Position numbers and translations under genes: made by a program. Under the pieces are notes generated by a model that was given only the letters and a program-made list of their open reading frames with translations, was not told where the DNA came from and did no database searches. 64,000 bases of DNA from Podospora anserina (lineage: Eukaryota): the NCBI GenBank assembly GCA_017654855.1, contig CM030337.1, positions 4,030,001 to 4,094,000 of the forward strand, in the 5' to 3' direction. Positions 1-11,821 of the stretch are shown piece by piece (positions within the stretch are counted from its first letter, which is position 1; each line of letters begins with the position of its first letter).

Positions 1-149
1 TCGTAAAAAAAAGCTTCATGCCAAGACCGCCTGAGCTGTGTAGCTAGATCCTTTGGTTACACGTCTACTTCTCGAGTCTACTCCTCCAAGCCGTGGCCGC
101 AGACTTTCCCGCCACTTGTCCCTCGTTTCCCAAAGAATCATCCCAAGAA

Positions 150-1315
150 TTATTGCAAAAAGGTGGGTGGCACCTCGGGACCTGACATGAGGTGTAACGG
201 GTTAGCATTAGATAGGTAATCACTGATCAGCCCAGAACACTCACCCCAGACATGCAAGTTGTCGGGCGCGGCCTTGTTGTGGTGCGTTGGCTCGTTCATG
301 TCCAGCAAATCACCGTCCACATAGTGCTCCAAGATGAAGTTGGACGGATCAAACCAGTAGTCAAAGATCTGGCTGCCCATGACGTGTCTCCCAACACCCC
401 AGCAGTTGGTGTATCCTTGATGACGTAGCCAGTCGTGACCCAGTACCTGAGCATCGAAGTCGTGTGTCTCAAAGGAAGAGTGGTGAACGTGCATCTTGGG
501 GCCTTCGAAGAAGAAGAAGCAGTGGTGGTCAACAAACTCCTTGCCACGGTCTAGGCGAAAGAAGACAGTCACATCCACGCCTTCATCGTTGTGGACGAGC
601 TGAAAAGAATTGGTTAGTCTTTCCGCCAGGAGCCTTTTCATACGGAGAATGCAAACCTCGCTGGGATGAAAGTTGAAATAGGTCGAATAAAACTCGTAGC
701 ACTTGGCAAAGTTCGTCACGCACATGCCAAAATGTCCAAGCTTGTGTACGGGCGCCGGCCGCTTCTCGAAGCGCTGGAACTTGTTTGGCTCGCGGTTCTT
801 CTCGTTCGGCTATCATTACAAGACGCAACATATCAGCGACTGTCATGGCCTTTTGAAAGATTTTCACTCACGTAGTTGAACTTGAGCACCGGGAAGCCAG
901 GGTCTCTCCTTTCAACCTCAGTCTGCCCGTGAACCAAGTGGAATGGGAACCCATCCACCGGGTCATAGAAGGTCACTCTCTTGCCACCACCCGGCACATC
1001 CTTGAGCTCATGTACTTCGGTCGCTCGGCACTCTTTTGGAAGCGACTGCTGGGCGTAGACGAGATCCTCCTCAGACTCGACAACAAATGCTGCTCCCCCA
1101 AATTCCGGCTTGTCAGAAGCCTCGAGGGCTAACACAAAAGGCTCTGCTCCATATCCTCTGAAGAAGGTTGTCTTTCCGATCGTCTCGGTCTCGTAGAAGC
1201 CAAAGTCGGCAGCAAATCGTTTGGCGGCTTCAATATCCTTGTGCTTGTACCAGACATGTGCTGGACGCACCAGCTGGATCTTCTTTAAGGGGTTTGATGG
1301 GAGTCCGGCGGCCAT
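150..1315 (-). CDS. Glyoxalase/bleomycin-resistance/extradiol dioxygenase (VOC) family protein, 4 exons (1315-872, 809-658, 599-245, 181-150)
   Basis: ORFs 833..1315 and 150..725 join via GT-AG introns. Two VOC modules with metal-ligand motifs KLGHFG, HVHHSSFE, WGVGRH..GSQIFDYWFDP..FILEHY. Confidence 0.85.
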
Positions 1316-2924
1316 GATGAAACTTTGGATGTGATTGTTGTTCAGTTGATCGTGTTGGGAGCGGATGGGACAAGAATGTTGATAACAAATCTTTTGGACA
1401 AATTAATGACACAGAGGCAGGCTGCCCGGGGGATATATCTAGAGTCCGGCCGACGGCCCAAGGCAACCAAGATGGGACGAACTGGGCTCTATTTTCTAGC
1501 GCTCACGCGGGGATGTGGTGGGGTAAAAGCGATGGTGACGCAGGTCGCGGCAATTCAAGGGAGAAAAGCCAATGGTGATGTTCCGATCGCGCGACGGTAT
1601 TTTGCCATTGCCCAATAGCGGGCGCCGGGTAATGTCGAGCGCCCGTTCTTCGGTGTCTCATCATTCGACTCGTGTTGCCCCGACCTGCGACGGTGTACGA
1701 GAGAAACACAAGAGTTCGGAGTCCCGGGGGGGTTTTATGTTAGAGCGAAGCCACTGTCATGTCAGAGGCAGCATATGAGCCACACTCCGATCTCTGTGGC
1801 TGCGATTCGAGACCTCCTACCATTATCCCGATGCCACGTCATTGGTGCGCATACTTGCAAGATCTCTCATCCTCATTGCCGGGTAGCTACCTGAGGTAGA
1901 TAGCCCGCTTTGCTGCACAATTTCAACCTACCTCGAACTCTATGGCCTGGCGACTTGATTTCCTTCGTTACTGAAAGATAGACGACTTTGAAGTTCGTCT
2001 TCATCAACGAGGTGCTCGGGAGGATTCCACCTCGGTGGTGCGGGGAAGCTTCAGTTGTCATCAAGGATGTGGCGGGGCAACAGCTGAAGTGCCAAGATCT
2101 GGGGGTAAACAAGCTTAAAAGGGGGGGACAAGGGGCAACTGGCAACATGCAACAATTTCCATATTGTCACGCGACCACAGCCAATTGCTTTCCCACCATT
2201 AATTTATTTCTCAGTCCACCCTGGATTTTGAAAACACTCGAGATTGGCTGGAACTTCATTCCCAAGCCCCGGTGTCTGGTTCCCTCCAACTTTAATCTGA
2301 CTTGGTAGCTTCCTCGGTCTAGGCCTACAGCTTTGCCCCTCCAAGCGTTGCAAGAAAGGGGTCAAGGGGTAAAAGGACCGTCTTCTGGTCGCACAACATA
2401 TTCGCTTCATAACTCTTCTGCAGCACCCAGTGGACGGTTCACTACGCCGGTAGTTTGGTTAGTCCGTCTTACTGCTCGCCAACCCCCCATCAATATACTT
2501 CAACCCGGTGGTGAAGGCTTCATTCTACATGCCATACAGCAATCAATTGGCTCTCAAGCCTGTCAGAGGCCAAGCCACAGCTATCACCGACTCCCTGATC
2601 GAGTCTAGACGACATTGTGGTTGCAGAAGACCTTGCAATCCCCCCATGCAGTCAATATCTGTTTACGTACTCATTGGTCTCATTACCTGTTTGCTTGCCC
2701 GTGTCATCACACCACCATCACTCTACAAGCCTTGGAGAATTATCAAGACGGTCCCCGGAGCTGAGAATAGAACAGGGCGATGCTTGAGAAGAGGGGTCTG
2801 GAGTTGAGTACTTAAAGCCAGCTTCGTCGCCCCAGATCACAACATACTTGACCATTCTCACAACATCCTTCGAGCTATACCTGCCCATTATACAAACCTG
2901 AGCTTCACCAGCACTCCAATCAAA

Positions 2925-3314
2925 ATGCAGCTCCTCCACATCCTCGCAGCCTTCCCTCTCACGGCCCTTGCCGCCCTCAACGGCCGATGCACTGGTTCCG
3001 AAGCCACGGGCGAGTGGGGCTCCAAGGGCATCTGCATCAGGACTTCGACCTGCAGCAGTGCCGGCGGTGCTTACAAGACTGGCGCCTGCCCGTCTGACCC
3101 TGCCGATGTCAAGTGCTGCCTGGTGGGCCGTGGTCCTTCCGTTGGCACCAACCCTTGTGGTGGTGCTTCGTGGTGTGACTGGACCTCCAACACATGCAGT
3201 GGTAGCCGACTGACTGGTAGTTTTTTATCATGCCCTCGGTCCATCATGCATGTACTAACCAAATCCATAGGATACTGCCCCGGCGGATCCAACTACAAAT
3301 GCTGCAGGCTCTAG
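2925..3314 (+). CDS. Small secreted cysteine-rich protein (111 aa after splicing, 12 Cys in two 6-Cys modules), intron 3217-3270
   Basis: Hydrophobic signal peptide MQLLHILAAFPLTALA; pattern C..C..C..CP..CC twice; GTAGTT...CTAAC...TAG intron; paralog at 8483. Confidence 0.85.
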   Translation: MQLLHILAAFPLTALAALNGRCTGSEATGEWGSKGICIRTSTCSSAGGAYKTGACPSDPADVKCCLVGRGPSVGTNPCGGASWCDWTSNTCSGSRLTGSFLSCPRSIMHVLTKSIGYCPGGSNYKCCRL

Positions 3315-3546
3315 ACTCTGGACCTACGACAAAACGGGAATCAATATCTGGACAGGAATGATGCTAGTGGGAACGGGAGAGGTGAACCGAAAATGTTTTG
3401 AAAGGCTGGGACAGGTACCTGGAAGCACTGTTGCACATAGTGCTGAAGAATATCGGAATGCCATTCGTTTGTACCATATTGTGAAGGCTCAAAACCCAAG
3501 CCAGAGCTTCAATAACCTACCTACACCATGCAGACTCCATCCCTTT

Positions 3547-4527
3547 TCATGTAGCATCCTTGACCTTGGGCAATCTTGCCACCACGATGACGGCTCTGAC
3601 CACCTTTGACACAGCAAACCAGCCAAACACCTTCCTCGCCACCCTGAACCCCCCACCGAGAGAGATACCAAACTCTGCCAGCGCCTTGTCATGCCTCTCC
3701 AGAAAAGCAACCAGGCCCGGGAAAACATCCACCGACACGTCCTTGATGACAATCGAGTCCCTGTCATAGCCACATGCTACCAACTGCTCTCTGTATTGCT
3801 CCACAGTCAAGAACGCCTTCCATGGACAGCCCATTAGCGCCCCAATCGTCCTTGCCAGAGTCTTCTCCCTCCAGGTTGCCGTGTTGGACATACATAAGTC
3901 AGACCCCATAAAGTTCATGCCGAGATTCCGGGCAGCGTACTGCCAGAGCGGCATCCGTGACGGTGAAAAGTGATACATGCAGTCCGACGCCAGTAGCCAC
4001 TTCCCTTTGAGCTTGGGGTTTTTGAGCTTGTCCACGGCGGAGCGTATCTCCTCTGGCCAAGCATGTGGCTTGGACGCATCCGCGCAAAAGAGATGGGATG
4101 TGTCGAGCTCCTTGTGTAGGTCCCGGCATCGTCGTGACGCAGCCTGCAGCTGGACTTGGTTGTTTGTCACCCCTATGTATGCCCCTCCGAAGATGATGCC
4201 ACCTAGAATTGTCGAGGTCTGGTCGCCGCAACCGAAGCCAACGTCGAGGATGGCAATCGACTTTTGGGGGGTGGTGATGTCGGCTGTTTCGAATACTTGC
4301 TGCAGATAATTCCTGCATGCTTCGGCGAACTCAGACGTGTCTTTCCAGTAGCCCAGATTCATCCACAATGAGACTGGCATCTGCAAGTTCAGCTTCCAGT
4401 GGTCGAGGCCATAGTGGTCGCGGGAGAGCAATAGACATGCTGCGAGTCCGACGAAGAGAGTGAAAGTAGCGAAGACTCCTGCAAAGAGTCCCGCCACGAA
4501 TGTCGGGTCATTGAGCCATGATATCAT
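3547..4527 (-). CDS. SAM-dependent methyltransferase with N-terminal membrane anchor
   Basis: 326-aa ORF; N-terminal hydrophobic helix; WMNLGYW and ILDVGFGCGDQ (motif I). Confidence 0.85.
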   Translation of the reverse strand: MISWLNDPTFVAGLFAGVFATFTLFVGLAACLLLSRDHYGLDHWKLNLQMPVSLWMNLGYWKDTSEFAEACRNYLQQVFETADITTPQKSIAILDVGFGCGDQTSTILGGIIFGGAYIGVTNNQVQLQAASRRCRDLHKELDTSHLFCADASKPHAWPEEIRSAVDKLKNPKLKGKWLLASDCMYHFSPSRMPLWQYAARNLGMNFMGSDLCMSNTATWREKTLARTIGALMGCPWKAFLTVEQYREQLVACGYDRDSIVIKDVSVDVFPGLVAFLERHDKALAEFGISLGGGFRVARKVFGWFAVSKVVRAVIVVARLPKVKDAT

Positions 4528-4671
4528 TGTGGTAAGGGAGTTGCATTTGTCGGTTTGGTGTGGTGTATTGGTGGGGATTCAAAGATTTGAATCAATCAAA
4601 CTCGCCAAGCCTTCTTATCGGGTTCTTATCGTGAGCATCCCTTGCTTCATACAATCAAGTCTTATGTAGTA

Positions 4672-6209
4672 TCATTTCCTCCACGGAATCTCAACTCCAA
4701 ACTCGTCAGCTACACGCATAGCCGATACGACACATCCTTCGAGCAGTACCATTCCATCCCAGCACCACGACCCAGTCAGCCATACGTTATTCTCGCCATT
4801 AACCCAGCCATCAGTTGTTCCACCACTACCATCCCGGAATATCCGCTCAACTGTTGCTCGACTCTCCACAGTCCTCAACGTCCTCCTGAACCCAGCTGTC
4901 TTGAGCGTTCTTTTCTGAGTTGCCGCTGACTCCCCATCCAATGGGCAGGTGCTCACCACCACACCGCTCGGCATAGTATGCAGCGCTTCTGATCGAGCGC
5001 CGCCGAGCCCGGAAAACTGCGTGCGCAAGGTGATGACCTGTGTAGATGCAGATTCCACCTCGACCGCCGCGTGATGCATGCATGTCACCTTCCCTTGGCT
5101 CGTCCTGTCATCTGAGTCCACCAGCGAGTGCGCACGAGATGCATTGGTCAAGACCGAACTCTCCACCCATGTTGTTGGAATCTTGTCCAGTCCTGTCGTC
5201 TTCAGCGGCGCAAAGAGCCTGCTCGCGACATCCGGTGATACCGCTAGGACAGCTCTGTCGAACACCTCTTCTTGTGCGCCAACTGTGTCCTGCCATCGTA
5301 TCAGTACCTTGCCGCTTGAACGCGGCAGAACCTCCAGCACTCTCGACCGCACACGGATATCCTCTATGCCTCGAGATAGGCGAGACTGGACCTGCTTCAC
5401 GCCGCCGCACACTGTGTAGTGCTGCTGACCATACGAGAATTTGTTGTAGTTAACCAAGTCGCTCGCTGGAAAGGCAAGAAGCTCGTCATGCGTGCAAGTC
5501 GACACACTGCTCATCAAGGGGAGGATGTAGTGTGTGGTGTACCGACGAGGCAGCCATATCCTCTCGAGATACTGGGCAAAGGACTCGTCGTGAGGCCGGA
5601 CAAGGAAGCAAGCGGCTCTGAACCAGGCGTGGCAGATGATGAGGTACAGAATCTCCAAGAGGTACCGCCACGTGCGGTATGCCGATGGCCGTGGTGGCGG
5701 GAGTTGGTGAAGGTTGGAGGCATGGACAAAGTACCCATCAGGGACTGCTGACGCAGCTGCTGAAGGACTTTGACTCAAGTCCTGACAATTGCCTGCCTCG
5801 GTCCCCCTTTGCTTCAAAGCCTTTGCAAAGACAAACAGAAAGCGCACTGGGTGCATGGGAACTTCCAGATGGTGATACATTCGGTTCAGGTTGGCGTAGT
5901 ATCCGCCCGCGGATGCACGCATTGGGAGATCGACGCGTTCGACCGCGCCCGTCTCATGGCTCTTGACGGCAACAGAAGCAGAGTCGAACGAGAGCGAATC
6001 AGCCTGAGTGGTGGTTGGGTGAGGTGTGAGCAAAACACAAGTTCATCGCAGACGGGATCTGAGTTTGTTTGGTTGCGGGAGTGACCCACCTGTTCCAAGA
6101 GCGTGACGGCATACCGTTTCTTGGGGTCGTTTTGTAAGAGATGCGCCGTGGTCAGTCCAGCCAGCCCGGTACCGATGATGGCTACCCGTTCTCTGGCCGT
6201 TTCAGTCAT
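4672..6209 (-). CDS. FAD/NAD-binding oxidoreductase (amine oxidase / COG2907-like), intron 6089-6004
   Basis: Exon 1 carries the Rossmann motif VAIIGTGLAGL and splices in frame to ORF 4672..6033; C-terminal VWLTGSWCWDGMVLLEGCVVSA. Confidence 0.85.
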
Positions 6210-6481
6210 GACAAACTCTGTCGATATGGTTATCTTCGGATGGCCATCAGTGAACGGCGGTCTGCTGATTTTCTGCCAGTTTTTGGCTTCTCTCGCCGCC
6301 AAGCCTCGGCTGCTCCACATGGGTTTTGAAATGGAGTAGCCAGATCAAGCAGGGGTAGGGGGGGCGATTGGCGGCAACAGAGACTGCGACATCAGATCGC
6401 CAAGGATCCTGATTTTGATCAAGTTTATGCCATCATCAACCCCGACAAGACTGTGTACCTTACCTTAGGTAACCCGCCATC

Positions 6482-7460
6482 ATGGTATCCAACGCGAGAC
6501 CTCTAGCCATCCTGGCCAGCTACATGGTCACGGCTGCGGCTCTCACCGTCCGCTGTATTGGCATCGTCCGTCGTCACCCAGTCCAGAAGGCCAAAAAGAG
6601 CGCCGGATCATTAGTGCTTTTCAGCGCGCTGGCCGCGGTCAGCCTCGCAACAACATGGTCGTATATGTTTGGCTATTTCAGGTGGTCCTACTTTGACTGG
6701 GCTGCCAATACCCCAAGCGCGACTGCTGATGACCAGTTACACTTGGGAGAGTGGCTGCGGGACACATCACTGTTCAAGCAAGCCTGGTTCTCCGCTCTAG
6801 AAACGCCAGCCAGAGCATGGTGGACACTTCAGATTTTTGGTTTCTGTGCTATCTGGAGCGTGATGCTCTCTGTCCAAGGTCAATATTTATCCATTCACTA
6901 AAAATACCTCAGCACTGACATTTCAAGCAGCCAAGAAGAGAAACATCCCCCAGATCTGGGCTTTTATGCTTCTGGGGCAGATTGTTGCCATATCCTTTGC
7001 CAGCAATCTTTTCTTCCTTGCTGTGCTTGCACACGATGTCAAGGATGAGAAGAAACCAGCTCAAAGTAAACAAAAGCCATCATCGCGGACTTCAGATATC
7101 CTGATCCTCGTCGTCAACCTGGCTGTGACCCTCTTTCTGTTCGGAAATCTGGACAGCCCTTACTTTCTCTTTCTGCTCCTTGCGCCACACGTTTTGGCCT
7201 TTGTGCCACTTTTGAGGGACGGTATATCATCCGGGAGCACAGAATCCAGCCAACTTCGCGAGCCATCCAAGGTATTGCAGTTCGGCATTCTTGCGGCAGT
7301 CCTGGCTGCCGGGACATCGCAACCCATTGCCAGCGGGGAGACTTGGAAGAGCATCCTGGACACACTGTATGAGCACCCAGCTGTGAGCAGCGTAGGATGG
7401 GACGTGATCTGCTGCTGGGTGAGCTATACCGCGTGGTTCCTTGTCCGGGATTCGGAGTGA
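6482..7460 (+). CDS. Multi-pass integral membrane protein of unknown function, intron 6879-6930
   Basis: Two ORFs join in frame via GTCAAT...CTGAC...CAG; many hydrophobic helices; C-terminal HPAVSSVGWDVI motif. Confidence 0.8.
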
Positions 7461-8482
7461 GCAAGTCACAAGACAGGACAAATTTGTTGAATTCATTGGG
7501 CATATCGCTTCAGTCCTGCGTTAGAACTATTGAAGATATGCTACAACATTGGCCGGATAGAACGGCTCAAGTAGTCCTGACGCCAAGTCTCTGCCACCGA
7601 AATTTCGAACTGTCATGAGCGGCCCGGCCCCCGGGATCAACCCGAAATGCTACCCTACCACCAGGACTTTGAGCTGACCTGCCGTTTGTGGTTGAACTCG
7701 CCTTGCAGTGCGCATGTATTTGAGCGATAGAATAGCGATCCAGTCAACTACCAATCGACTAAAGTCTTGGTCGAGTAGCCAACTGTTACTTCTCATCATG
7801 ATTGGTCACAAATATTAAAGCTTTAGTTCAACCTCCTGGACAGGGCGAAAGGCAGGGGACAAGCGAAGCAGAGAATCTCATATCACATACCTACCTCGTA
7901 GCACTGCATAAAAAGTCCTTTCCGCACTCTCTCTCTTCCGCCTGGTAGTCCCTCTGCATACAGCCTGCAAGCTGAAGGGCTAATCCCGCCCTGAGACCTG
8001 AGAATGATTGGCTGATCTGGTCCAGGGACAAAGACCCCCCCCAATATGGGTTCCCGCAGTTCAGGCGAGACCAGACCGTTGCACGGCTGCCAGTTGTGGA
8101 CGGGAATATCATCAAACTGCAAGCCACAATGGTCACTTAGTCGGACAAGAAGTCGATTGTCTCCCTGTTATGTAACTTCGTCTCATGCTGTCCACGATCT
8201 AGAACAGTGTCAGTCCATGGTTATGGCTGAAGCAGACGACGATCAGCACCTCATCTGGGGTCCTGCTTCAAACCTGGGGAGGGGACGGTGGCGATAGCGC
8301 TTTTGTTGCTGTATTAGGAACTATCAGGCGAGTCTTTCCAGCATGGACGGTGACCCAGGGCTTTGGGAGTCGTCATGGTTGTCTCTCGGGGGCTAAGAAA
8401 CGGGTATTTAAGGGGTCGTTGTGTCCTCAGATCACGACATCCATCCCCCATCTCAACACCCACTTTCAAACCCACCTCCACC

Positions 8483-8872
8483 ATGCAATTGCTCGCCATC
8501 CTGACCACCTTTCCCCTAGCCGCCCTCGCGGTGGTGAATGGCCGTTGTTCCGGCAGCGCCGCCACCGGCACCTGGGGACAAAGCGGCATCTGCATTTCGA
8601 CCGGCACCTGCAACTCTTTCGGCGGTGTCTTCAAGAGCGGTGCTTGCCCTGGTGACGCGGCCGATATCAGATGCTGCCTCATCGGCCTGGAGGGGTCGAC
8701 CAACAAGCCATGCGGTGCTCCTCGATCATACTGCGACTGGGACGGACATGCCTGCTGGGGGGTTACGCACAGCGGTATATTTTTGACTAGTCACCATGGT
8801 GTCCAGTCGACTAACATTGGTGCAGGAAAATGTCCCGGTCCGGCAAATTATAGGTGCTGCCAGAGTCTGTAA
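8483..8872 (+). CDS. Small secreted cysteine-rich protein (112 aa, 12 Cys), paralog of 2925..3314, intron 8775-8825
   Basis: Signal peptide MQLLAILTTFPLAALA; near-identical Cys spacing and same intron position as the 2925 gene. Confidence 0.85.
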   Translation: MQLLAILTTFPLAALAVVNGRCSGSAATGTWGQSGICISTGTCNSFGGVFKSGACPGDAADIRCCLIGLEGSTNKPCGAPRSYCDWDGHACWGVTHSGIFLTSHHGVQSTNIGAGKCPGPANYRCCQSL

Positions 8873-9193
8873 ATAGGCACCTATGCCTGATGCTCGGGAG
8901 ACTTTCGGTATTGCAGTTGGGCTTCGTGTACAGTGGGGAAAAAGCCATATATATGCATGAGGGTCTTCAGTAATGGAGCGCAATACAGCAACCATTTTGC
9001 GTCTTGTGATTACCAGTGTGGTTCGGTCATACAAAGTTAGTGATCCGAAATATGTTCAGCTGAGCAGTCAGCCTACCTGAAATTCCCTTGGTATTAGCCT
9101 TTGCTGTGGACTAGTTCCTCAAACGTCTGTTGTGATTTGATTGCACTAGAGCCAACCCTATCTCGGGATACTCTAGTAATCCCAGACCTGCCC

Positions 9194-10332
9194 TCAGTTA
9201 GGCTGAATAATCTCCCCCTTGATCAAAAATGGCACCACATTCCCCGGCTCAACAAAGAAATCCTCATGCCCCGTCGCCTTGATCAGCGCAGCTATCGTCC
9301 CCGAATGAGTCGAAAAGCTGATAATCTGCTCATCATCATGCTCAAATACATCCTCAAGCAAAGCCATCGTACGTGCGGCATGCTCCTGGAGCGTCTCTCT
9401 CCCCTCCGTCTTCCAGTATACATCCTCATCCACAAACCCCTCCTCAAACTCAAACTCGGGAAAATTCTCCCTGATCCAGGTGCCATTACGGCGGCGATCA
9501 CACGTGTGAAAATGTAGTCTTTCCCTAAGCAACTCCTTGATGATGGGCTTGAAGGGTGGTTTCTCCTGGCCGGGGGGTAACTCGATGCCTTCAAATGAGA
9601 GCTTGCAAGTCTCGAGACAGCGGGCAAGAGGGCTGGCGTAGTAGCGCCTGGGAAGAGGGAGTTTGAGCGTGGTTGCGGCATCCTGCCAAAAGGCGTTCAT
9701 GGTCATGGCTTGACGGATGCCTTCTAGGGTGAGGTGGGAGTCGAACCAGGTCGAGTTGTCGTCTCCATTGAGCATCACCCATCTTGTCTAGTCAAGGGTG
9801 TGGACGTTGGTTAGCATTATGAGATAAATTGGCCAACAGTGATTGCTTCTCACCTCCCACTCGGCTGAGCCGACATCAGACTCTTTGGCATTGTGGTAGC
9901 CCTGGCCGTGGCGGGTGACATATATGAGTTTATAGGCCGCTTTTCCTTTCTCGCTTTCATTCCACGAGTTGAGGAGATTGACAAACCTCTCCCATGGCTG
10001 TTTTGAGCGATGGGGGTCGAAAGCCTCGTCGGTGGGGTAGGGTTGATCAATTAGACCCATACCCCGCATCGTAGGCTGATGATTGTAAGCAATCATGTCA
10101 TGCTCAATGAGACCCAAGAGATCAAGAGACATACCACCTCATTCCTCGGGCCGCGGCCTTCCATTTTGAAGTAGCCGGGAACGGCTGTGAATCGATATTT
10201 GGGTGCCATGGTCTTCAGTGCTGCCAAGGATTTCATAGATTCAGATTCAGATGAAGCGATCGGATGAGAGACAGATGGTGGGGCAGTCAATGAGAGTGTA
10301 GGGAAGGACGTCAGGAGAAGCAGCTTGAGCAT
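9194..10332 (-). CDS. Histidine phosphatase / phosphoglycerate mutase family (PMU1-like), 2 introns; start uncertain (10332 or a downstream ATG near 10210-10257)
   Basis: VTRHGQGYHN catalytic motif, SPLARCLET, ELLRE, STHSG; exons in ORFs 10093..10389, 9788..10132, 9194..9778. Confidence 0.85.
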
Positions 10333-10748
10333 GGACCAGGCTGACCAATGCCCCGCACCCGTAGCATGCTGTCCAATCATTGTGAACATGTGCGAAGTCT
10401 TGGGTGTTGCAGATGGCGATGCTGTCTGATGTTGGGAATGCAGAGGGAAAACATCACACAGCCATATTAGCTCATATTCTGTCGAGGTTTCTACATGTGC
10501 GTAAGCCCTACTTAAAATTCATGGCTTGATGGCTTGACGGTTTGAAGTGAAAATTGATGTGATGTCACCTGCGAAGGACCCTAACCGTACAACTGAACCA
10601 AACCTGAGAAACGCCCAGGGTGGGGCCCAAGCTGTTGACGGGGAACCGCCATCCTGGGATCACAGCGTCATCGCTCGGTCCCCATCCCACTGAACACCAT
10701 CGTGCCTTACTATTACCAGCAAACTCAAGCCACCGGAATCCCCAACAA

Positions 10749-11520
10749 ATGGCCAAAGCAAAGAAACTCTCCAAAGCTCCAATCTCGGACACTGCCTCCA
10801 CAAACAGCGCCGGATCCTCCTCCTCGGCGCCAACTACCACGCCCTCCTGGTATGTACTTTTACTCTTCCATAATCGATATATCCTCACCTACTAATTAAT
10901 CTTCCATTCCCAGGTTGACCGACTCCCTCCCCCTCCCCGCCCTCATCGTCCTCGATCTAGACTACACCCTCTGGCCCTTCTACTCAGACATCCACATCTC
11001 GCCCCCCATCCGCTCCCTCTCCCCCTTTGTACTATCCGACCGAAACGGCGAGCACTTCTCCCTCTTCCCCGACGCCCCCGCCATCCTCCGCCTCCTCTCC
11101 TCCCCACAATGCAACATCCGCCTGGCTGTCGCGTCTAAATCCCCAGTCGGCGATCTATGTCGTGAAGTGCTCAAATCACTACGATTACCCGAGACGGAGA
11201 TACGAGGGCAGCCGAAAAAGGTGATTGATGTCTTTACAACAGGCGGGGGCGGAGGGCTGGAGATTTATGAGAGCTCAAAACTACGGCATTTCGAGGTGAT
11301 TGCCAAACGGACGGGGGTGCGGTACGAGGATATGCTGTTTTTTGATGACGAGAGGCCTAATTTCGAGGTGGAGAGCGTAGGAGTGACGATGAAGCTTGTT
11401 GGCAGGCAAGGGCTGTGCTGGGAGGAGCTGGAAAAGGGGATACAGCTTTGGAGGGAGAGAAAGGGTATTGTTCCAGCTACTGCTGGCGGTAGCGGTTCAT
11501 ATGCTGGAGGGAGATGGTAA
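10749..11520 (+). CDS. MDP1: Magnesium-dependent phosphatase 1 (HAD family), intron 10850-10913
   Basis: DLDYTLWP (HAD motif I), VASK, MLFFDDE.N. Confidence 0.88.
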
Positions 11521-11821
11521 CTATGCATTTGTCATGGATAAAGCATGGCGTCGGGGTGTTTTGTTACTGAAAGAAGAATACTACGGCTATTTATGCTGAT
11601 ATGATATACACACAGCGCAGCTGGACCCCCAAAAAAGAGCTGCATTTCTATTGCTGCACCCAAAACATATGCCATCAACGGAAGAAAAAGGAGAGGTATC
11701 AAACTGCGCGCGCTCAAGAGCCCAAATCCCAAGCACAAGCACAAGGAGGAAAAAAGCCCGCAATGTTCTACCCTTAGCCAGAAACACAACACCGGCAACA
11801 AACACCATGCAATGCAACCTT

